From NCBI RefSeq assembly GCF_001194135.2, contig NC_068985.1:87704189-87738666 (forward strand): a DNA stretch of 34,478 bases. The letters are read 5' to 3'. A program made the translations under genes and the position numbers. This stretch comes from Octopus bimaculoides. Taxonomy: Eukaryota. The notes under the pieces are model-generated. The model ran no database searches, was not told where the DNA came from, and saw nothing but the letters and a program-made list of their open reading frames with translations. Every line of letters begins with the position of its first letter. Position 1 is the first letter of the stretch. This document shows, piece after piece, positions 24,156 through 34,478 of the stretch.

Positions 24156-24340
24156 TGAGATAGTACTGGGGCAGAAGAGCTCAATGCTCAGGTGAGAAAT
24201 TACAGGTGTAGAACTGCTCAATACCCAGGTGTGATAATATAGATGTAAAAGATCTGAATGCTTAAGTGAGATAGTACAAGAGTAGATGGAATCACAGTTT
24301 AGGTGTGGTAGAATAGGTGCAGAAGAACTCAAAGGTAATG
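24156..24340. repeat. Degenerate 37-bp minisatellite, five ungapped units
   Basis: Units start at 24156, 24193, 24230, 24267 and 24304. Approximate consensus TGAGATAGTACAGGTGTAGAAGAGCTCAATGCTYAGG. Confidence 0.8.
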
Positions 24341-24639
24341 GATAGTTTTCTTGTATGAGGTGGCAAATGTTGATTAATACTAGTTCCTGCAATTCTGATT
24401 TGAACCTGTAATCTTTGTCTTGCTTATATCATTGTTATTTGTACTGTGTTGAGCATCACTGGAGCCTTGTACTTTAAACAGGTTGAATAACGTATTGTGT
24501 ACTGTGCATTACTGTTTAGTTTAGCAGCAAGTCATTTGTGTTGTATAATAAGATTGATGAGGAAACAGAATTATTCGAGAGAGAGATGGAATAAAAACCA
24601 AAATACATAATAAATTAACAACAACAATAATAGTAACGA

Positions 24640-24697
24640 GCATAATAATGATAATGATGAAAGTGATAACAACGACAACAACAACAACAACAACAAC

Positions 24698-24733
<36 letters not shown>
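24640..24733. repeat. (AAT)/(AAC) compound microsatellite
   Basis: Seen directly. Confidence 0.9.
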
Positions 24734-24734
<1 letters not shown>

Positions 24735-24976
24735 TATTTTGTACAAAATATCATGTGGTCAGCTGTGTGTAATGTTAATAAGAGAAGCAAATTAATGATA
24801 GCTAGGTAGACAGTCGATCATTGTTTAGTCTGTTGTGCAATAGACATAGAGAGTTTAAGGTCCATAATTATTGCAGTAAATAGTTCACATCGCAGTAGGG
24901 TAGGCTTCATAAATAATCAATGGTACAACTTCCGCATGGCAAAATTTGCAAGGTAGACTAATTAATGAACGCTTAC

Positions 24977-24984
24977 CTGCTGAA
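24977..24984 (-). CDS. Candidate 8-nt microexon TTCAGCAG (phase 2 to 1)
   Basis: Acceptor gagttattttcag after a long pyrimidine/TGC-rich tract and consensus donor CAG|gtaagc. Joins in frame to 23591-23669 (..SA-DFLD..). Confidence 0.25.
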
Positions 24985-25552
24985 CTGAAAATAACTCGAA
25001 TAAGATAGCAAAAGCACAAGATCCGGCAGCAATGTTGATAGATTCAGTAAATATTTATTTCTCTTTAAGTAACACAATGCCACAAACAAAAACAAGACAA
25101 AACACTCCCCCCCTCTAAGAATCATACATATATACATACATGCATATATATATANNNNNNNNNNNNNNNNNNNNNNNNNNNNNNNNNNNNNNNNNNNNNN
25201 NNNNNNNNNNNNNNNNNNNNNNNNNNNNNNNNNNNNNNNNNNNNNNNNNNNNNNNNNNNNNNNNNNNNNNNNNNNNNNNNNNNNNNNNNNNNNNNNNNNN
25301 NNNNNNNNNNNNNNNNNNNNNNNNNNNNNNNNNNNNNNNNNNNNNNNNNNNNNNNNNNNNNNNNNNNNNNNNNNNNNNNNNNNNNNNNNNNNNNNNNNNN
25401 NNNNNNNNNNNNNNNNNNNNNNNNNNNNNNNNNNNNNNNNNNNNNNNNNNNNNNNNNNNNNNNNNNNNNNNNNNNNNNNNNNNNNNNNNNNNNNNNNNNN
25501 NNNNNNNNNNNNNNNNNNNNNNNNNNNNNNNNNNNNNNNNNNNNNNNNNNNN

Positions 25553-25636
<84 letters not shown>

Positions 25637-26006
25637 CGAATAATGCAAACCATTTAAAATGAATGATTACAAAAATAAGAAAAAGATAAAAACATAGTAA
25701 AAAAATAAATGAAGTGCAAAAAGAACAAAAGAAAAATAAAATAACAGAGAAAAAGTAAGAGTAAAAAATAATAACAAATGATCGTAAATATATACACGAA
25801 GTATCATTTGGAAATGATATTATTGAGAATATCAGACAGTAGGGGAGGTTATAAATCATTCAAGTTGATATATACGTCAAGATCCGGTGAGGTGATGAGA
25901 AAATAGTCGAATATTTACTAGCAAAAACTATATGTTAATCAGAGCTTGTTTGGTATGTATGTATGTATGTATGTATCTATGTATGTATGCATGTACAGTA
26001 TATATG

Positions 26007-26048
<42 letters not shown>

Positions 26049-26355
26049 TATATATATATATGTATATATATACATACACACACACTGACACACACACAGA
26101 TACATAGACATATATACATATAAACTGCGTATTTTTTTACTTGTTATTATTTGTATTTTTCATTCTTGCATTTTTGTATTTATTTATTTATATATTTTGT
26201 CATATAACGAGATTATCTGAATTATTTCTGAATGATACAAATAAAGAAACTTGTTTTCATACATTTTTTTCTTTTTTACTTGTTAGCGTTTTGCCAGTAC
26301 ATTTATGTCCAACATACTATGCATTTTCCCTTCAATAGCGTACCACCCACATACA

Positions 26356-26394
<39 letters not shown>

Positions 26395-26871
26395 TCACAC
26401 ACATACACTTACGTACAAATACAGTCATACGTCAGCTCCTACACTAACAGTCTAGCTGTTGTGATCAAATTCACACACCTCCTAAACTATTTGTTATGAC
26501 GTTAAGATGCAACAATATATGTCATTATGAAATTTTACTTGTCAAAATCAGAACTATTACCGGGTTTAATTCTGCACAATTGATGTTGCTAACAACTTCA
26601 GTTGGCAAAATTCCTATCGTCATAGCTTTCACTTTCTATGAAATTTGTTGATATTTTCACACATGTCTACAATCACTTATATTAGATCAGATATTCAGCT
26701 AAGCTATTACGGTGCTAAAGATCAAACTATACCATGACCTAGAATAAATCAATCAACTTAAATTCTTAACCCGGAATTCGTTTCTAGTAAATAGCATTCA
26801 ACATTGCAAGAATGCTTCTTATATGTTTTGAATTTCTTTTTGTTGTTTTCTCTTCATCTGTTTCTTTGCAA

Positions 26872-27100
26872 AATGGTGGCAAGCTGGTAGAATCATTAAC
26901 ATATCGGACGAAATATTTAGTATCGTTTCTTGTGGCTTTTTATGTTCTGACTTCAAATACAGCTGAGATCAACATGGCCGTCCATCCTCTTGGGCTTTGG
27001 GGATTGGGTTGATGAAATACGTACCCATCGATCACTAAATCAATGTAATCAACCAAGGCTCAGCCCTAAAATTGCTTGCTTTTTGCCTAAATTTGAAAGC
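26872..27100 (+). mobile_element. SINE family 2, near full length, diverged
   Basis: ggtggcaagctggtagaatcattaac...gacttcaaatacagctgagatcaac...ttttgcctaaatttgaaa. Confidence 0.75.
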
Positions 27101-27759
27101 ATTTTTCTATGCAAATGCTCATCATAGTTATTCTTTAACTTTATCTCTGCCATGACTGAGTTTCGCATCTTTTGTTTCAGGAATTTATAGCTAGAAATAT
27201 GTTATCTAACGGGTCCTTCTTTGTTATAAGGCCATACAAGTATGATTTTTAAAGTAATTTAACTGCTATCTCACGTACGCTGAGAGAACATATAGTTGCT
27301 CTTTTACTAGATCATGAATATTCTTTATTATCATTTTATAGAGCATCTTTTGGTTAATGTTGACTATGCATATATAAAATCCTGGGCAACACATTTTGAA
27401 GGAGATTGGCTGTTCGCCATGCATACAAGTCGTCTTTCTCCAAGACATTGCTATTTCCCTGGAGAAAAGCCACTGATTTGCTTCTCTGTAAGTTTTGTAT
27501 GTATGTTTGTATTTGTGTGCATGTATATATTCGGGAGGGGGTGAATGAATGTAGGCATTTGCATATGTTTGTGTGTAACACTTATTTTGACATCACATAC
27601 GAGCAATATTATTCGTTTTCATTCTTCTGTGAAAAACACGTTTGGCCAAAGGAAAAGGCTTTCTTGTTCGGAAACAGAAGAGTTGTAATGATCGGAAGGC
27701 CATATAGGTGTAGAAAAATTTGCCTCAACGAATTTCATGTGACGTATACGAGCATAGGA

Positions 27760-27912
27760 GTGTGGACGTTGAAATGGTCAGTATGTAGCTATCGTAAACG
27801 ACACTTATCCAAATTAGCACACATCCGGACTGAACCCGAGACAATGTGTTTAGGAAGCAACTATGTGGTTGATTAATCTGCTAAACTTAGCAAACTTACC
27901 ACCCACAAGCCC
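27760..27912 (-). mobile_element. Decayed SINE family 1 5' half
   Basis: gacacttatcc...ggactgaacccgagacaatgtg...ggaagcaact...cttaccacccacaagcc. Confidence 0.55.
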
Positions 27913-28099
27913 CATCTTGCTGTGTTAACGAATCAACACGTTATATACTGTACTTACCACGTGACCTTAAAAACTAAAATGGTAGAATGACTTCACTTGG
28001 ATTACCTATGAATCCACATCTGTTTCATTAGAGTTGATGGGAGTTTAACAATATTTGAAATTATAATAGAAAAGAATTTAGGATACTGTTCTGGCTTCT

Positions 28100-28470
28100 T
28101 GTGTACAGCAGACTGCAAAGCCTTTTAGTCGAACAAATCGACACCCAGAGCTTATTCTTTGTAAGCCTAGTACTTATTCTGTCGGTCACTTTTGCCGAAC
28201 CGCTAAGATACGGGAACGTAAACACACCAGCATCGGTTGTCAAGTGATGTTGGGGGGGGGGGGCAAACACAGACACACAAACATACACACACATACATAT
28301 ATATACATATATACGACGGGCTTCTTTCAATTTCAGTCTACCAAATCCACTCATAAGGCTTTGGTCGTTCCGAGGCTACAGTATAAGACATTTGTCCAAG
28401 GTGCCACGCAGTGTGACTGAACTCGGAACCATGTGGTTGGGAAGCGAGCTACTTACCACACAGCCACTCC
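28100..28470 (-). mobile_element. SINE family 1, essentially full length with internal (TA/TG) microsatellite
   Basis: Head ggctgtgtggtaagtagc, B-box-like gttccgagttcagtc, central (TA)(TG)n at about 28265-28312, and 3' half cttgacaaccgatgctggtgtgtttacg...aataagtactaggcttac. Confidence 0.9.
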
Positions 28471-29046
28471 TGTTTATATTTTCCGTATATAGATTATAAA
28501 ATTCTCTATTGAGTGCTATTGATAGTGATAATAGAAATCATTACATAAATGACAGTTTAAATCAAATTAAAACAAGGGCAAATATTAATTAGGTAAATAA
28601 ATAAATACATATGTACAGATCTTTGAATATCAATCTATCAATTTGGTTTATTCAATTCAAGTGTGAAGCATATTTTGTGTTTGACACTCTAGAAAGGGAG
28701 AAAAATGTTTCATTTTTACTGTAAATGAGTATTTATCTAACAAAACATGCATTTTATACTGAAACCAGCTGAAAAAAATGTTCTGTTTGAGGCAGATATT
28801 CTGCTAATAGAATAGATTTGTCTGAGTTGGGTAGAAGTAAAATGTAATGACTTATGGCTTGCAGATATAAGCTGCAATTTCTTGTAAGAAATATTTACTC
28901 GCAACGGCTTCTTACAAAAGTTTAAGCTGCAATGGCTTGTCATAGTAAGCTGCAATTATACCTTTTGTTTATCTTAAGCTAATCATACATTCAGTCCACA
29001 GCTTTATTATATTGTAAATAAATTATTCTTATTGCCTTGTAAGTGC

Positions 29047-29285
29047 TGCCTTATTTTATACTAAAGATATATTCCACCTACACGTCTTACTATAGAGAAA
29101 CACAGACTAATGTCTTATGTTATACCATAGATAAATACTACCAATTGCCATATTCTGCTCTATAACCACATTCTACGAAGTGCCTGACGTTACTTCATAG
29201 ATACACTCACACTTGTTTTCTACGTTATAATCTAGCTACATTCTACCTATTGCCTTATGTCATTTCATAAAACCATACAGTTTGT
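29047..29285. repeat. Degenerate ~35-bp minisatellite, about 6 units
   Basis: Units start at 29047, 29111, 29146, 29181, 29216 and 29251. Approximate consensus TGCCTTATGTTATWTCATAGMTACATTCTACCWAT. Confidence 0.7.
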
Positions 29286-29739
29286 TCCTTGTACTACAAT
29301 ACAAAAAAAACTCAGTCTAGTAGGATATTATTCCATCGATCATTTCTCCTCTTCCTACAATAGTTAGAGGAGATAATAGTTATCAACCCTGCAAGTAAGT
29401 TATTACGCTTTCATTAGAACTGAATGTGAACGATCACTTTAATGCTGCCTACAATACAACAACACAATGTTAAAATTAAGAATACCATAAAAACAATACA
29501 AACAATTTAGTTTCCCTTTCAGCAGAGAACAGAGCTTTTAGATCGACCTGCAATGAGAAAAATAAAATGCCAAAAAAAAGTATAACAAATAATAATCGGA
29601 AATTAAGAGAAAGAATTACTTTTCTGTGCACAAGTTTCCTTACATTGCAATAAATCAGTCACAGATATTCACATGATGAAGTGGTACTTCAGGCCTGAGT
29701 GAATGATTTCCAATCTTATGTGTGATTAGTACGGAGTGG

Positions 29740-30300
29740 TAGTGGCAGTGATAGTGTTGTTGTTGGTGGTGGTGGTGACCATGGCTGTGGCGGTAGTGGT
29801 GGTGGTGGTTGTGATGGTGGTGGCAATGATGGATATTGTAGTGGTTTTTGGCTGTGATGTGGTTGAATGCAATAAGGGTGATGATGGTGGACTGCGGTGA
29901 GAATGATGATGGTAATTGTAGCGATGGTGGTGTTAGTGATAATTGTTATGGTGGAGACGATGGCTTTGTTATTGCTGATAATGATGGTTAAGTTGATAAT
30001 ACTGACGGTGGAGGTGATGATGATGATGAGGAAAATAAACATGGCCGTGCTGTTGGTAGTTTTAGTAAGAATAATCCTCGTAACAGTGTTAGTCATTTTG
30101 ATCACAGCGGTGATGATGATGAAGAGGAGTTTGTAGTGTTGAATACATTGATGACAACAACGATGATAATCGAGTTACCAGGGAAAAACAATCGATGACG
30201 GTGGCAGTAGCTGTATTGGCGATGGTGGTATTGCCGTTGATTTTGGTGTTGGTGTTGTTGTTGGTGTTGGAGCTACTGTTTCTGCCGCTGTCGATGATGC
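29740..30300. repeat. Cryptic trinucleotide low-complexity tract (GTG/GAT/GTT)
   Basis: Seen directly; produces the V/M/I-rich and T/I/P/H-rich ORFs on both strands. Confidence 0.85.
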
Positions 30301-30632
30301 ATTTTTCCGGAAACGTTAATGAAGACCATAGGTGTTGATTCATACACATCAAACTTATATTTCTCAATAATTGTTTTCATGGTGGCTTTGTTCCTGACAG
30401 CATGTCAAAAACGGCCCTAGCTTCAAGTAATTCTTTATCGGAGGGAGAGGGACGAGGCAAAACTAGTTTCATTTTCTTTTTTACCATATGTATATGTATA
30501 TATATATATGTATATATATATATATGTATATATNNNNNNNNNNNNNNNNNNNNNNNNNNNNNNNNNNNNNNNNNNNNNNNNNNNNNNNNNNNNNNNNNNN
30601 NNNNNNNNNTATATGTAACTATTTATGTATGC

Positions 30633-30671
<39 letters not shown>

Positions 30672-30924
30672 TGTATACATTTATGTATATAAATATATGT
30701 ATAGATGTGGGTATATATATGCGTGAGTATGTGTGTGCGTGTCGTTTGTTAAGTATTTGATGTATAACTAATCAATAAGTTATTGATCAGTTATACGTAA
30801 TCGATATAATATTGTTTGAATAAAGAAATGGATTTATTCGTTACTGGAGCTAGTCATTAGTAATTTGGGATAGCCTGGCATCATTACTAGCATATTTGCC
30901 AATGAAATGAAATGAAAAGCTTCT

Positions 30925-30974
<50 letters not shown>

Positions 30975-31186
30975 TGCGTGCGTGTGTGTGTATGTGTGTT
31001 TATATATCTATATAGAATAGAAGATATATATGCTCATACACTCAGGTGTATGTGCACGCACTAAATCTATTGAAAATACACTTTCAATTTAGTTTACACA
31101 TACAAACACACACACATAAACACGCATGTACATATATACACACACATATACATATATGTATGTATATGTGTATATATATGTGCACG

Positions 31187-31217
<31 letters not shown>

Positions 31218-31632
31218 ACGTGTGTGTGTGTGTTGTATTCGGATGTGTAGTGTATGTGCACTCAGAAATAGGATAATGGGAGAGTAAAAATGGGCAGCTA
31301 AACGGTGAGAGGGTGTCATGCTGCTATGGAAAGAACCAGAAAGGAGAGACACTGTTACCAAGAGAGAAGGAAAGAGAGTGAGGGGTTAGAGTGGGAGGGT
31401 GGGAGTATGAAGTTCGACTATGAATAGATAAACATATTGTATCACATGATCTGGTGGAAATAGGATACAGCATATCGCATGACTAAAAGACTAGAGGAAA
31501 TAATACAATGCCATTTTGTTTGTCTCTTACGTATGTTTTTATGGGATGTCATAAATGTAGTTTCATTTTTTTCTCAACTGCATTATATATATATGTGTGG
31601 GTGTGTGTCAGTGTATACATATATGTATGTAG

Positions 31633-31663
<31 letters not shown>

Positions 31664-32827
31664 GTATGTATGCGTGTATATGTATACACACACACATATA
31701 GATATCGCAAACGCATGAATATATGTGCTTATGAATATATGTATGTCTGTGTGTCTGTGTTTGTGCATGTATCATTGTTTTTGTCTTTCACCTGATTCCT
31801 TTGTTGAATTTTGGTCATACTGGGGCACCGCTTTGATGGTGTGGCACCATAAAAGAACAGGTTTGAGAAAAACATAGGAGACTGCGATAAACTAGTTTGA
31901 GCATATTGTCAGTAAGAATGTATAGTAATCCAATGAGTCTTGTAAGTGTGTGTGTGTGTGCGCGCGCGCGACCATACACCTCTGCATGTACACACATGTC
32001 CGTGTATTTTATATGTAAGCATGATTATGTCGGAGTGACTGCACACACGCATATAAAAGAAAACTATGATATACATATATATTTATGTAGATTGATAACT
32101 AATCAAATACATAGAGAGAAAGAAAGAGAGAGAGAGAGCGAGATCGGGAGACGTGTGTGTGTGGTGTTACTCAGCTCACACCAATACGAATCTATGATAC
32201 CAGAGGAATTTCAGTTTCTGTAAATTCGTTACACTTGGGGTTCATTCTTGAGCTGCCCTGCTTTGAGAGATATGGCCTATACTCTAAACCATCTGGGAGC
32301 TAAAAGACAAATGTTGCAACTGTTCGAGTTTAGCTATGCATTTCAGGTTATTTATATACGTACACGCATACACATAGGTACACATATACATACATGAGTA
32401 AGTATAAACATACATTCATAAATAAACACACACACACAAACATGTTAAAAATATCGCGCACAAGACACGAGATACGAAAAATATTGATGTAAAGAAGAAA
32501 ATGTACTTTTTTACATTGTACCTATTTTTTTTACATTTTTACATTGTAGTTAATTACTTCCGAATTATGCTATTAGAAGCAATTGATTCATAAATAAATT
32601 TATATATTGAAAAACAGATTATTATAATGTAATTATGCCAAAATACATTGTTACATATTCTAAGATATATCACATCCAAAATATATTACAACAATCAAAT
32701 CATTTCAAATTTACTTTACAGATGGATATAACTATCAACCGGTTTCATTGCTTATAGAGGTTATTTATTGCAATGTGCATGTGTAATGTTTTGGTACTAG
32801 TCTTACATATATATACATATACATATA

Positions 32828-32862
<35 letters not shown>

Positions 32863-32901
32863 NNNNNNNNNNNNNNNNNNNNNNNNNNNNNNNNNNNNNN
32901 N

Positions 32902-32955
<54 letters not shown>

Positions 32956-33344
32956 GAGAAGGAGAAAGAAAAAGACAGATATATAACTTTGTAAGAGTTT
33001 GAGAGGAGAGTGACAAAACTTTGACGTTCTCATACTCATATGAAAATACCAAACGTCACATTCGTTCCTGATCCACCGTCCATATTTCCTCTTATATCCA
33101 TCTTTGTGTGCCTTGAGAGAGCAAACTCACATCTCGTCAACATCATCTTATTCTTCTTTCCAGCTATTACTTCCTACATTTGTAAATCATCAGGTTAGCT
33201 ATGCGCCTCTCTATAGAGAGACATTTGTGCTTCTCTCTCTACAGTATTATAAACTCTCAACCTCTGAAATAATGCCAATTCCGACTCTGCTAGATATTCT
33301 GCCCATTTCTTTTCTTCTGAAATACTTGTTGACCTCACTAAGTA

Positions 33345-33510
33345 TAACCTCAAAAGTGGTTGGCGTTAGGAATGGGTATAGAATCTGAAATTATCTGGCA
33401 AGGCTGACACTGGAGCTCAGAGTGGTTTGGGAACATTTTGGATCTTGTTCGTCTATCCCAGCGCTAGCCAGCATAGAAGACAAGCGTTAAAAAAAAACGA
33501 TTATGATAAT
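33345..33510 (+). mobile_element. Decayed RTE-type 3' terminus
   Basis: agtggttggcgttaggaatgg...gctagccagcatagaagacaagcgttaa...gattatgataat, the sense counterpart of 3215-3470. Confidence 0.6.
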
Positions 33511-33586
33511 GTACACACACACGCACCTATATATCATATATATATATATGCATATATACATTTATGTATATATCTATATATATATT

Positions 33587-33640
<54 letters not shown>

Positions 33641-34034
33641 TGTGTGTGCGTGTGTGTGTGTATACGCACATACATACACACTCATACATAAATATCGAGA
33701 GAACGCGAAATAATTCTCTTTTGGCACAATGGATCTTGAGGAAAGCATAAATCTATAAATAACAGCATGCAAAATATTTGATTGAAAATTTCGTTTGGAT
33801 AGAAAATGCTGAAGACCACCCGTGGGACATGATACGCTTACAGCAGTCGTGGGAAGGACTCCCAAAGGCAGCAGCCTGTAGCTCTTTCTGAACCACAAGT
33901 GTTTCTGAACATAATATTTATTTGCTATTTTTCATAGCTTTATATGCGATATGTGCCTCGAGAGCCATGTTAGTATATATGCTAGCATATGTGTGTGCGC
34001 GTGTGTGTATATGTGGGATGTATGTGTCGGTGTT

Positions 34035-34115
<81 letters not shown>

Positions 34116-34415
34116 GTGTGTGTGTGTGTGTGTATACGCAGGTATGATGATGCAAATAGGAACAATATACAACTCGAAATAAGAGTATATGTGTATTTCT
34201 AATAATGTAGGGCTAAAGTAGGCACAGTAGGGCTAAAGAAGGGAGAGATGTCCTCCTTTCCTTATACTATACGGTCACAAACTGTGTGTCGACAGCCAGA
34301 GCTGCAAAACATTTTTTCCTGGAGATAAACAGCAGTAATATCGTCCTTGAATTGGACATTGTGTTTGCAAATAAAGTTCATTATCACTCGCTCAGAGATT
34401 TAAAACTATATATTC

Positions 34416-34446
<31 letters not shown>

Positions 34447-34447
34447 C

Positions 34448-34478
<31 letters not shown>

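Noticed and set aside
24156-24340. CRISPR-like array (37-bp period)
   Set aside because: Units are contiguous with no unique spacers, highly degenerate, have no cas genes nearby, and lie in a eukaryotic context.
27900-27919. 20-nt microexon QDGACG with GTG|gtaagt donor
   Set aside because: The donor belongs to a decayed SINE head, so it is not independent evidence.
29716-30367. Hydrophobic membrane-like ORFs on both strands
   Set aside because: Cryptic trinucleotide repeats are stop-poor in several frames.
931-34202. Dozens of ORFs rich in CV, HT, IY, SL, poly-I, poly-D or X
   Set aside because: They are translations of di/trinucleotide microsatellites and N gaps, not genes.

Overview
AT-rich, microsatellite-dense eukaryotic scaffold with eight N gaps. 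The SINE and LINE families resemble cephalopod (Octopus-like) repeats; this is inferred from recalled repeat sequences, not a search. There is no prokaryotic content, rRNA, real tRNA or CRISPR array. Nearly all ORFs in the supplied track are microsatellite artefacts or retroelement fragments. The window is mostly intron-like DNA with decayed non-LTR retrotransposons of four clades (R4/Dong, L1/Tx1, RTE, CR1) and two tRNA-derived SINE families. The most structured locus (about 17.4-21.1 kb) is a pile-up at (TAA/ATT)n tracts: RTE, two different Dong-like copies in tandem, a SINE, and a Tx1-like LINE joined to the SINE 3' end. Several short splice-site-bounded, phase-compatible minus-strand exon candidates suggest an unidentified gene with microexons (low to moderate confidence). 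Two hidden degenerate minisatellites (37 bp and 35 bp period) and a SINE-tail fold-back are also present.
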